Below, piece after piece: positions 18,586 to 27,665 of a stretch of 64,000 nt of DNA. Source of the DNA: an uncultured Clostridia bacterium. GTDB lineage: Bacteria; Bacillota; Clostridia; TANB77; CAG-508. A program made the position numbers and the translations under genes. The stretch's first letter is position 1; every line of letters starts with the position of its first letter. Below the pieces are notes generated by a model that saw only the letters and a list, made by a program, of their open reading frames with translations, ran no database searches and was not told where the DNA came from. The stretch is taken from the NCBI GenBank assembly GCA_934168365.1, contig CAKPNJ010000001.1, positions 20,967-84,966 of the forward strand, written 5' to 3'.

Positions 18586-20001
18586 ATGAATGAATTTAAC
18601 GACTATAGTATTATACTTGTTGGACTAGGACCTCATGCTAAAAGAATTTATATGAATTTATTTAAAAAATACAGAATGAGTCCAAAAGTTATAGTAGACT
18701 TGAAAAGCAAAAGAAGAGAAATAGAGAGTTACTTGGAAGAAAACGATTTTAGGTCGGTAGATTTATACTTGTTGGATGACTACAAAAGAGATAACCTAGA
18801 ACTTACAAGTGAAGACAAGAAAGAAATACAAAAGTTGATTCTACAAAAGAACATAAAATATGCTATAATATCAACAGAGCCGAAATCGCATTTTGCATAT
18901 GCTAAATTTTTTCTTGAAAATGACATAAACATATTAATGGATAAACCAATTACAGCTCCAATTAATGTTAACTGTGATACAAAACAAGCATTAAAAATTA
19001 AAGAAGAATATGATATTTTATGTCAAATGTATAAAAAGAAAAAAGATAAAATAAGCTTCAAAATACAATGTCAAAGAAGATTTCATGAAGGGTATTTATA
19101 TGTGAAACGTTTATTAGAACAAGTGGTAAGAGAGTATAATATACCAATTACATATATAGATATATATCATAATGACGGAATGTGGAATATGCCTTCAGAA
19201 TTTCTAGAGAGAGAAAATCATCCATACAAATATGGATACGGAAAACTTTTTCACAGTGGATATCACTTTATAGATTTAATGGCTTGGCTTATGGAAGTAA
19301 ACCGTGAAACTAAGGGAAAGCAAATAAATAATGCGGAAATGTTTGTTTCTACATATAATCCGGTAGATTTTTTTAATACTTTTAACAATTATGATTATAA
19401 GAGAATATTAAAAACTAATAGATTTGAAAAATATATAGAAAACAAAGAAAAATTTATAGACTTTGGTGAAATAGATTTTCATTCAATAATTAATTTTAAA
19501 CAAGATGAAAAATTAATTACTAACTGTTCTATAAATTTAATGCAATCAGGATTTAGTAGAAGAGCTTGGTGTGAATTACCTAAAGATACATATAAGGGAA
19601 ATGGTAGAGTGAGACACGAAAGGCTTAATGTACAAGTTGGACCACTTATGAATATACAAGTTCATAGTTATCAGGCTTATGAAGTAAAAGATAGAGACCA
19701 AATACTTAATAATGGTGTGGGAAGTGTAGAACATTTTGATATATATGTATTTAGAAATAGTCAACTTATTGGAGGCAAAATATTTGAAACATTAGACATT
19801 GCAACATTATCTGAAAAAGATAAAAAATATTTTAACGGATATAACGAAAAAGCAAGAGAAAATTGTTTTATAAATTTTCTACTTAATATAGATGACAGTT
19901 CGGATTTGTTAGAACACAAAACAAGTATAGAAATAACAGAAAAAGCATATGAAATTATGAGTAGAAAAAATAGTATAGTTAATTTTGATATTAAAATATG
20001 A
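18586..20001 (+). CDS. Gfo/Idh/MocA-like NAD(P)-binding oxidoreductase, unusually long (471 aa)
   Basis: N-terminal Rossmann IILVGLGPHAKRIY, and ISTEPKSHFAYAKFFLENDINILMDKPI (compare the I.TP...H...A..AL.AGKHVL.EKP motif). The C-terminal half is not recognised. Confidence 0.55.
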   Translation: MNEFNDYSIILVGLGPHAKRIYMNLFKKYRMSPKVIVDLKSKRREIESYLEENDFRSVDLYLLDDYKRDNLELTSEDKKEIQKLILQKNIKYAIISTEPKSHFAYAKFFLENDINILMDKPITAPINVNCDTKQALKIKEEYDILCQMYKKKKDKISFKIQCQRRFHEGYLYVKRLLEQVVREYNIPITYIDIYHNDGMWNMPSEFLERENHPYKYGYGKLFHSGYHFIDLMAWLMEVNRETKGKQINNAEMFVSTYNPVDFFNTFNNYDYKRILKTNRFEKYIENKEKFIDFGEIDFHSIINFKQDEKLITNCSINLMQSGFSRRAWCELPKDTYKGNGRVRHERLNVQVGPLMNIQVHSYQAYEVKDRDQILNNGVGSVEHFDIYVFRNSQLIGGKIFETLDIATLSEKDKKYFNGYNEKARENCFINFLLNIDDSSDLLEHKTSIEITEKAYEIMSRKNSIVNFDIKI

Positions 20002-20011
20002 GGGAGGTAAT

Positions 20012-20542
20012 ATGAATATTATAACAGAAATAACAGATGATACGTTTGGAATTGAATCAATTCCTTTTGATAATCCAAAAATAAGGTATGGTGCAAGAGG
20101 AATTGTAAAAAAGCAAGATGGAACTATAGCTGTATTTTTTAAGAAAGCAAAAAATGAATATAAATTGCCTGGTGGTGGAGTAGAGCAAGGTGAGACTTCA
20201 GAGAAAGCATTTGAAAGAGAAGTTTTAGAAGAAGTTGGATGTGAAGTCAATAATATATTATTATTAGGAATAACAAGAGAACTAAAATCTCAAGAAAATT
20301 TTCAACAGATATCCTATGTATTTAGATGTGATGTGAAAAATGACACAAAAAATACCAAAATGACACAAAAAGAGATAGATGAGGGAGGATTAGTTATTTG
20401 GCTTACACCTGAGGAGGCTTTGAATAAAATTATAGAATGTGAAAGTCAACTTAAAGCTTCTGATTATGACAGTATATATAGAACAAAGTTTATGAATTAT
20501 AGAGATAGAGAAATACTTAAATACTATATTGAAAATAGATAG
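20012..20542 (+). CDS. Nudix hydrolase
   Basis: Complete Nudix box GGGVEQGETSEKAFEREVLEEVG (GX5EX7REUXEEXGU). RBS gagggagg. The region upstream of the start overlaps the end of the preceding gene. Confidence 0.85.
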   Translation: MNIITEITDDTFGIESIPFDNPKIRYGARGIVKKQDGTIAVFFKKAKNEYKLPGGGVEQGETSEKAFEREVLEEVGCEVNNILLLGITRELKSQENFQQISYVFRCDVKNDTKNTKMTQKEIDEGGLVIWLTPEEALNKIIECESQLKASDYDSIYRTKFMNYRDREILKYYIENR

Positions 20543-20597
20543 AAATAATTATTATAAAAAGTAAAAATTCTTTAAGGAATAGAACCTTGAGTTTACC

Positions 20598-20626
20598 TTG
20601 TAAAATGCAGCAAAATATGCTACAAT
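20598..20626 (+). promoter_or_regulatory. Putative uvrC promoter
   Basis: TTGTAA, 17 nt, TACAAT. Confidence 0.45.
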
Positions 20627-20655
20627 ATATATTATGCTAAGGGGGAAAATTAAAG

Positions 20656-22449
20656 GTGTTTAATATAGAAGAGGAACTAAAAAAGTTGCCTAGCAAACCA
20701 GGCGTATATATTATGCATGACAAAAATGATAAGATTATATATGTTGGTAAAGCAATTTCTTTAAAAAATAGAGTAAGGCAATATTTTAGAAAAAACAATA
20801 AAACAAAAAGAATTGAAAATATGGTGTCTTTAATAGACCACTTTGAATATATTGTTACAGATAATGAATCAGAGGCACTTATTTTAGAGTGTAACTTAAT
20901 AAAAAAGAATATGCCAAAATTCAATGTTTTATTAAAAGATGACAAAACATACCCATATATTAAAATAAACACAAAATTAGAATTCCCAAACATATACTTA
21001 ACTAGAAGAATACTAAATGATGGTGCAAGATATTTTGGACCATATGCAAATAGTGGCAGTGCAAAAGCAATGCTAGATTTTATAAATTCAAAATATAAAA
21101 TTAGACAATGTAAAACATTTAAATATAAAGGTAGAGCATGTTTAAATTATCATATTAAAAAATGCTCTGGACCTTGTATTGGTAAAATTTCAAAAGAAGA
21201 TTATAGAAAAGAAATAAATCAAATTATTAGCCTATTAGAAGGTAATACAAACCAAATAATGAAAGAGCTTGATAAAGATATTAAAGAAGCGGCAGATAAG
21301 TTGGAGTTTGAGAAAGCGGCAGAGTTAAGAGATAAAAAATATGCTATTCAAAGAATTACAGAAGAAAGACAAAAGGTTTCTAATATATCAGAGCATAATA
21401 TTGATGTAATAGGTATAGCTAAAGGACAAACTCAAGTATGTGTCGAAATATTTTTAATTCGTAATAGTAAAATGATAGAAAGACATCATTACTTTTTTGA
21501 AGGATTACAAGATGAATCAGATGCAGAAATTTTATCAAGTTTTATTAAACAATATTATATAAATGATGTATTTTTACCAAATAAAATTATGATAAAAGAA
21601 GCGATTGAAGATAAAGAAATATTAGAGCAATTGCTTTCAGAAAATTCAAGCCATAAGGTAGAAATAAAAGTACCTCAAAAGGGCGAAAAACTAAGACTAG
21701 TTGAAATGGCAGAAAACAATGCTAAAATTACTATAATGAATAAAGAAAAGGAAAAATATAGCGTTGTGAATGAATTAAAAGAAGTGCTAAAATTAGATAA
21801 ATTGCCTAGAAAAATTGAAGGTTATGATATATCAAATTTATCAGGGCAATTTATGGTTGCTTCAATGTGTGTATTAAAAGATGGAGAGCTAAAAAAGAAC
21901 TTATCAAGAAAATTTAAAATAAAAACAGTAATTAGTCAAGATGACCCTAAATGTATGCAAGAGGTAGTAAAAAGAAGGTTACTTCATTCAATAGATAACC
22001 CAAATGGAGCATTTGGTGACTTCCCAGATATAATATTTGCAGATGGTGGAATTACGCAAATAAGGGCAACTAAACAAGCTATTAAAGAGCTAGGCTTATC
22101 TATACCTGTATATGGAATGGTAAAAGACGATAAACATAGTACTAGGGCACTTATAGACGAGAACAAAAATGAATTTGAACTATCTGAAAATTTAATGAAA
22201 GTAATTACAAATTTTCAAGATAACATACATGATACTGCAATAAATTATCATAGACAATTAAGAGATAAACAAACAACACATTCAGTTTTAGACGAAATAG
22301 ACGGAATAGGAGAAGCAAAGAAAAAAGCTTTATTAAAGAAATTTAAAACTATAAACAACATACAAAATGCTAGTATAGAAGAATTGACAGAGGTATCAGG
22401 AATTACAGAAAAGCTAGCTAAAAGTATAAAGCAGAAATTAAGCGAATAA
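20656..22449 (+). CDS. uvrC: Excinuclease ABC subunit C
   Basis: GIY-YIG (PGVYIMHDKNDKIIYVGKA), a UVR domain (FEKAAELRDK), an endonuclease V-like domain and a C-terminal HhH2. GTG start after aagggggaaa. Confidence 0.95.
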   Translation: MFNIEEELKKLPSKPGVYIMHDKNDKIIYVGKAISLKNRVRQYFRKNNKTKRIENMVSLIDHFEYIVTDNESEALILECNLIKKNMPKFNVLLKDDKTYPYIKINTKLEFPNIYLTRRILNDGARYFGPYANSGSAKAMLDFINSKYKIRQCKTFKYKGRACLNYHIKKCSGPCIGKISKEDYRKEINQIISLLEGNTNQIMKELDKDIKEAADKLEFEKAAELRDKKYAIQRITEERQKVSNISEHNIDVIGIAKGQTQVCVEIFLIRNSKMIERHHYFFEGLQDESDAEILSSFIKQYYINDVFLPNKIMIKEAIEDKEILEQLLSENSSHKVEIKVPQKGEKLRLVEMAENNAKITIMNKEKEKYSVVNELKEVLKLDKLPRKIEGYDISNLSGQFMVASMCVLKDGELKKNLSRKFKIKTVISQDDPKCMQEVVKRRLLHSIDNPNGAFGDFPDIIFADGGITQIRATKQAIKELGLSIPVYGMVKDDKHSTRALIDENKNEFELSENLMKVITNFQDNIHDTAINYHRQLRDKQTTHSVLDEIDGIGEAKKKALLKKFKTINNIQNASIEELTEVSGITEKLAKSIKQKLSE

Positions 22450-22536
22450 TGTAATAATTTGTGTTACGATTTTTATCATAAAATCCGAATATGCGAATAT
22501 ATATTATTAGAAAATATATTAGGAGGATTTTATTTT

Positions 22537-22749
22537 ATGGAGTACACAAAAGATTTAATTTTAAATATACGTTATGATGAAAGTAGCAATACATTACGTT
22601 TGAAGACACCAAAGTGGACAAGCAAATTGATACAAAAAATAAAAAAACATAAATTATTAGTAACTACATTGGCAATATTTTTAACATTTGTAGTTATGGA
22701 TGTGATGTTGGTTACAAATTTTATGCATATTTTAACTGGAACTATGTAA
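22537..22749 (+). CDS. Small single-TM membrane protein (70 aa)
   Basis: RBS aggagga lies 7 nt before the ATG. One hydrophobic helix, LLVTTLAIFLTFVVMDVMLV. Confidence 0.4.
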   Translation: MEYTKDLILNIRYDESSNTLRLKTPKWTSKLIQKIKKHKLLVTTLAIFLTFVVMDVMLVTNFMHILTGTM

Positions 22750-22783
22750 TATTATATATGGAGAAGAGGAAGGATATTTAGAA

Positions 22784-23647
22784 ATGAATGTAGCAAAAGA
22801 TTGGCAAGATTACGAAATATTAGACATGGCAAATGGTGAAAAACTAGAGCGATGGAAAAATGTTATTTTAGTAAGACCAGACCCACAAATAATATGGACA
22901 CAAAAAAGTTTTCCAGAAAAGTGGAAAAATGTTAATGCTAAATACCACAGAAGTTCAACAGGTGGTGGAAACTGGGAATACAATAAAAAAATGCCAGATG
23001 CATGGCAAGTTAAATACAAAAATTTAACATTTAATATAAAGCCAATGGGATTTAAACACACTGGTTTATTTCCAGAACAAGCAGTTAATTGGGACTGGAT
23101 GATAGAAAAAATTCAAAAAGCAAATAGAGAAATAAAAGTATTAAATCTATTTGCATACACAGGAGGAGCAACAGTAGCGTGTAGCTATGCTGGTGCTCAA
23201 GTTTGTCATGTAGATAGTTCAAAAGGAATGGTTACATGGGCAAAAGAGAATATACAAGCTTCAGGATTACAAGATAGACCAGTTAGATATATAGTTGATG
23301 ATGTTATCAAATTTGTAAATAGAGAAATTCGTAGAGGCAACAAATATGATGCAATAATCATGGATCCACCATCTTATGGTAGAGGCGCAAATGGAGAAGT
23401 GTGGAAATTTGAAGAAAACTTGCCAGAGCTTGTAAATCTATGTGCACAAGTATTATCAGACAAACCTTTATTTTTCTTAATCAATTCATATACAACAGGA
23501 ATATCAAGTACAGTTTTGCAAAATATTTTAGAGCTTACAATATCAAAAAAATATAAAGGAAAAGTATCAAATGGAGAAATAGGTCTTCCTATGACTAACT
23601 CAAAAATGGTTTTACCATGTGGTATTTATGGAAGATGGGAGAATTAA
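22784..23647 (+). CDS. Class I SAM-dependent (rRNA) methyltransferase, RlmK/RlmI-C-terminal-like
   Basis: VLNLFAYTGGATVA (SAM motif I), IIMDPPSYGRG (DPP motif), and an FNIKPMGFKHTGLFPEQ region. Confidence 0.7.
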   Translation: MNVAKDWQDYEILDMANGEKLERWKNVILVRPDPQIIWTQKSFPEKWKNVNAKYHRSSTGGGNWEYNKKMPDAWQVKYKNLTFNIKPMGFKHTGLFPEQAVNWDWMIEKIQKANREIKVLNLFAYTGGATVACSYAGAQVCHVDSSKGMVTWAKENIQASGLQDRPVRYIVDDVIKFVNREIRRGNKYDAIIMDPPSYGRGANGEVWKFEENLPELVNLCAQVLSDKPLFFLINSYTTGISSTVLQNILELTISKKYKGKVSNGEIGLPMTNSKMVLPCGIYGRWEN

Positions 23648-24334
23648 ATGCAAAATTTAAAAGTAATATTTGAAGATAACCATATAATAGTAGTAGAAAA
23701 ACCAGTAAACATACCATCACAGGCAGATAAAACTGGAGATATAGATATGCTTACAATAATAAAAGCATATTTAAAAGAAAAATATAACAAACCAGGAAAT
23801 GTCTATTTAGGTTTAGTGCATAGACTAGATAGACCTGTTGGTGGAGTAATGGTATTTGCTAAAACTTCAAAATCGGCAGGAAGACTAAGTAATCAAGTGA
23901 GAGAAAAACAATTTCAAAAAGCATATTTAGTAATAGTAAATGGAAAGATGGAAAGCTCAAGAGGAACTTTACAAGACTATTTACTAAAAAATGAAAGAGC
24001 TAATATGAGCAAAGTTGTGAAAGAAGGAACGAAGAATAGCAAATTAGCAATATTAGATTATGAAGTTTTAAAATATGACGAAGAGTTAAACTTATCAGTC
24101 TTAAGAATAAACTTACATACAGGTAGACATCACCAGATTAGAGTGCAATTATCTAGCAGAGACCATAGTATATATGGAGATCAAAAGTATGGAGGGAGAG
24201 GACATGGAAAACAAATTGCACTTTGGGCATATGAATTAAAACTATATCATCCTATTACAAACGAACTAATGGAATTTAAAGATATTCCTCAAATGCTTGG
24301 AAGTTGGGCAATATTAAAAGATATTCAATTATGA
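23648..24334 (+). CDS. RluA-family pseudouridine synthase
   Basis: The catalytic HRLDRPVGGVMVFAKT motif and GRHHQIRVQL. The start abuts the stop of the upstream methyltransferase. Confidence 0.85.
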   Translation: MQNLKVIFEDNHIIVVEKPVNIPSQADKTGDIDMLTIIKAYLKEKYNKPGNVYLGLVHRLDRPVGGVMVFAKTSKSAGRLSNQVREKQFQKAYLVIVNGKMESSRGTLQDYLLKNERANMSKVVKEGTKNSKLAILDYEVLKYDEELNLSVLRINLHTGRHHQIRVQLSSRDHSIYGDQKYGGRGHGKQIALWAYELKLYHPITNELMEFKDIPQMLGSWAILKDIQL

Positions 24335-24500
24335 AACATTATATATTTGTAAAATTAAACTAAACTTTATGAAAATACAAAAATTGTGACTAAAACAAAA
24401 AACGACAAATTTTGCACACAATTTTTATATCTTTATAAAGTTTTTTTATTTTTGTGTTTTAAAAATATAAAATACAGATAACAAAGAACGAGGTAAGAAA

Positions 24501-25121
24501 ATGATTGATAAATTTTGTGATTTGATAACTGAAAAAATAAAATCAAAGGTTACAGACATAGATGAAGAAAGAGAATTAGTTATTAACTTTGGTGTGAGAC
24601 TGATTTTTGGAGAATTACCTAAAATTTTAATATTATTCATTATAGGATTTTTATTAAGTATGGGATGGCAAACTTTATTATTATTTTTCTTAATAGCACC
24701 TTATAGAAGTTTTACAGGTGGTATTCATCTAAAAACACATTTAGGTTGTATGATTACAACAAGTATTTTATATTTATTACCAATTATATTATCAAAATAT
24801 ATTTTAATATCAAATAAAAATATTCTTTATATATTAGCAGGATTGATAACAATATTTAGTATTATTATAATTGCTAAATATGCACCTGCAGATACTGAAA
24901 ATATGCCGATTTTGAGTAAGAAAGAAATAAAATCAAAAAAAATTAGGTCATATATAGCATTAGTAATTTTATTATCAATAATAATATTTAATCCATACAA
25001 ACAATTCTCATACATGATAATTTATGCAATGTTTTTGCAAAACCTAACAGTATTACCTATTTCATATAAAATAACAAATAACAAACATGGCTACGAAGTA
25101 TATACAGAGGAAACAATTTAA
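24501..25121 (+). CDS. agrB: AgrB-family autoinducer-processing membrane peptidase
   Basis: A multi-TM protein with YRSFTGGIHLKTHLGC, the conserved catalytic His/Cys context of AgrB. It is followed by a small AgrD-like ORF. Confidence 0.85.
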   Translation: MIDKFCDLITEKIKSKVTDIDEERELVINFGVRLIFGELPKILILFIIGFLLSMGWQTLLLFFLIAPYRSFTGGIHLKTHLGCMITTSILYLLPIILSKYILISNKNILYILAGLITIFSIIIIAKYAPADTENMPILSKKEIKSKKIRSYIALVILLSIIIFNPYKQFSYMIIYAMFLQNLTVLPISYKITNNKHGYEVYTEETI

Positions 25122-25184
25122 GATTATAACACATTGGCCGGCAATGTTTATGATATAAAAATAATAATATAAGGAGGAATAAAA

Positions 25185-25304
25185 ATGTTAAAACTATTAG
25201 CTAAAGTTGCAGAAAAATATGCAAAATCTACAAATACTGCATGCTTTGTTTTAGGTATCATTCATCAACCTAAAATGCCTGCATCATTAATCAAAAAAGA
25301 TTAA
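25185..25304 (+). CDS. agrD: AgrD-like autoinducing-peptide precursor (39 aa)
   Basis: MLKLLAKVAEKYAKSTNTACFVLGIIHQPKMPASLIKKD has an amphipathic leader, a single Cys and a C-terminal HQP..P.SL tail like clostridial AgrD. RBS aaggagga. Under 60 aa, so absent from the track. Confidence 0.7.
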   Translation: MLKLLAKVAEKYAKSTNTACFVLGIIHQPKMPASLIKKD

Positions 25305-25343
25305 TTATAATATAAATAAATATAAATATTTCCTTAAAACGAC

Positions 25344-25396
25344 AAGACAATTACAAAGAGATATCTTAAATCAAGATATCTCTTTGTAATTGTCTT
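25344..25396. terminator. Long perfect hairpin (24-bp stem) between agrD and the convergent kinase gene
   Basis: aagacaattacaaagagatatctt-aaatc-aagatatctctttgtaattgtctt. It ends immediately before the kinase stop codon. Confidence 0.7.
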
Positions 25397-26752
25397 TTAA
25401 TAATATATTTCAAATTGTTGTGAGAAAAATTCTTCACTTTTAGTAGTAAATAAATTTAAATTATTATTTTTCTTTAATATTTGTCTAACTTCCCATAAAC
25501 CAAGTCCACTATTAGTTTCCTTAGATTTAGTAGAAAAATCCTTTTCATAAATTTTATCTACATTTACATCTTTATTTTTATATGTATTATCAATTATTAC
25601 AAGTAATCTTCTACGATTTTGTTCTTTTCTAAAACTTACATGAATTATCTTGTTCTCACATTCGGAAGCAGCTTCAATAGCATTATCTAAAAGTATGCCT
25701 AATATTCTAGTAAATTCATAAATTTTCATATGTTTTTCAATTTCATTTAAATCTATAAAAATACCTAAATTTATTTGAACACCAATTTCATCAGCTTTAT
25801 GATATTTAGTAGCTAGAACATTGTATATAGCCGGATTATTAATAACTTCTGGATTTAATGCAGTTAAGTTATTAGTACGCCCACAATCTTGTAAAAGTTG
25901 TCTATAATAAACACGTAATCCTTCTAAGTCTCCTCTATCAGCATAACCACCAATACTTTGAACAATATTGTGAAAATCATGTTTAAAACCTCTAATACTA
26001 TCATGTAATATAGTTAAAGTTTTGTTATATAATTGTGCTTCTTCTAAATCTCTAGTTGTAGTATCTAATTTGTTTGTACTTAATAAACTATAAAAACTGA
26101 TAACAAAATATGCTAATATACTCAAAATACTTGTTATAGTAATATAAATTGGCATTTTGTCACTATAAAATACAATTAAATAAAATTGTGTACCAATTGC
26201 TAATATTCCAAGTAAAGTATTTACTACAAATAATATTTTGTTTTTTCTAGTCATACTTTCTAATTTTATATTAAATTTAAAATATCTAATAAGTCTATAA
26301 AGTAAATATACACACAAATAGATAGTTACAGAACAAATCCCTCTATATAAAGGAATATCTAATATTTGTTGCTGGGAAAGATTAAACACAGTTTGATAAA
26401 ATTTAAATATAAATAATTCCAGAACACTGCTTATCACGATTACAATAAACTCAGATAATAATGATTTTAACCAAGTCACTTTTAACACAAATTTAATTAA
26501 AAATATAATAACGATCATATTAATGAATGTACCATATGGGTCAGGCATAAATGTGCGTGTTAAAAAAGCTATTGTACCCATAGACAACATGTATATGATT
26601 TTAGATTTTCTTGAAGATGCAACACTGAAAATTGTAGTAAATAGTAACATATTTACAAAAGTGTCTATGTAATACATAGGAAAGAAAATAAAAGCTGAGA
26701 CAGTTTCATTCTGTGTCGTCATTGCTGTCCAAATTGTTTGAAAAATTTGCAT
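25397..26752 (-). CDS. AgrC-like (HPK10 / LytTR-associated) sensor histidine kinase
   Basis: The N-terminal half has 6-7 TM segments. FKHDFHN is the H-box, followed by N-box LLDNAIEA and G-box GLGLWEV. A LytTR regulator lies upstream. Confidence 0.85.
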   Translation of the reverse strand: MQIFQTIWTAMTTQNETVSAFIFFPMYYIDTFVNMLLFTTIFSVASSRKSKIIYMLSMGTIAFLTRTFMPDPYGTFINMIVIIFLIKFVLKVTWLKSLLSEFIVIVISSVLELFIFKFYQTVFNLSQQQILDIPLYRGICSVTIYLCVYLLYRLIRYFKFNIKLESMTRKNKILFVVNTLLGILAIGTQFYLIVFYSDKMPIYITITSILSILAYFVISFYSLLSTNKLDTTTRDLEEAQLYNKTLTILHDSIRGFKHDFHNIVQSIGGYADRGDLEGLRVYYRQLLQDCGRTNNLTALNPEVINNPAIYNVLATKYHKADEIGVQINLGIFIDLNEIEKHMKIYEFTRILGILLDNAIEAASECENKIIHVSFRKEQNRRRLLVIIDNTYKNKDVNVDKIYEKDFSTKSKETNSGLGLWEVRQILKKNNNLNLFTTKSEEFFSQQFEIYY

Positions 26753-27452
26753 AATTAAAAACCTCCATAATTTTATTTTTATATTTAGGACCTATAAAAC
26801 ATTTACAGTCCTCATTATCATTTAGGAAAATAACATTGTTAGAAAAGTCTACACTAGTTATTTTTTTAGTATTAACAATATATGATTTATGGCATTGTAT
26901 AAAAGTGTCTGGCAATTGTAACATTATAACTTTAAAAGAACTATAAGTCTCATATTCTCTTGTATCAGTATAAAAGATAGTTTTCATCCCCTCTTTTTGA
27001 ATATACAAAATGCTATCTTGCCTGATAATAGTTCTGTTATTATCAAGTCTTACAAACTTGGGTTCAGAACCCGAGTAGTCTTCAACTAACCTAGTTATAG
27101 TATCTTTTAATCTCTCTACAGTTATTGGTTTGGGTATATAATCAAAAGTTTTATACTTATATGCCATTAAACCATATTCTAAATGACCAGTTGTAAAGAT
27201 AATATAAATGTTTTTATCCTTTTTACGGATAATATCAGCTAAATCTAGTCCAGAAATGTTAGATTTTAAATCAATATCTAAAAATACAACATTAACCTTG
27301 TTAACTTTTACAAACTCAGTTAACTCCTCAGGATTTGTTGTACTTAATGCAATACGTGCATTAACTTTACATTCAATAAATAACGACTCTAGCATTTTCT
27401 CTAATTTTGTTAAAGCGTTAAAATTATCATCACATAATACAAAATCTAACAT
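26706..27452 (-). CDS. LytTR-family response regulator (AgrA-like)
   Basis: Receiver domain (MLDFVLCDDN..., FLDIDL) plus LytTR domain (FIQCHKSYIVNTKKI). RBS acggagg lies before the Met at 27452. The stop overlaps the kinase start by 47 nt. Confidence 0.85.
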   Translation of the reverse strand: MLDFVLCDDNFNALTKLEKMLESLFIECKVNARIALSTTNPEELTEFVKVNKVNVVFLDIDLKSNISGLDLADIIRKKDKNIYIIFTTGHLEYGLMAYKYKTFDYIPKPITVERLKDTITRLVEDYSGSEPKFVRLDNNRTIIRQDSILYIQKEGMKTIFYTDTREYETYSSFKVIMLQLPDTFIQCHKSYIVNTKKITSVDFSNNVIFLNDNEDCKCFIGPKYKNKIMEVFNYANFSNNLDSNDDTE

Positions 27453-27665
27453 ATATTTTTCCTCCGTATAATATAATAAATATAAATTAACACAACAAAA
27501 ACGTGCAACGGTAATTCGACAAAACAACATAAAATTACCCATTTTTTTCCAATTGCCTATATAAATATAATGCAAATAAATAATATTGTCAAGAAAAATT
27601 TTGCAAAAATTTATAAAATGTCGAAAAAAATGAAAGCATTGTTATTAAAAGGAAAGAGGGATAAG

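Noticed and set aside
24379-24426. 10-bp inverted repeat aaaaattgtg ... cacaattttt upstream of agrB. Also the recurring aaaacgacaa / tgtcgaaa strings at 11157, 24399, 25337, 27628 and 33708.
   Set aside because: These are AT-rich short words whose expected chance frequency in this composition is close to what is observed. No consistent spacing relative to promoters or LytTR-type 9-bp direct repeats could be established.
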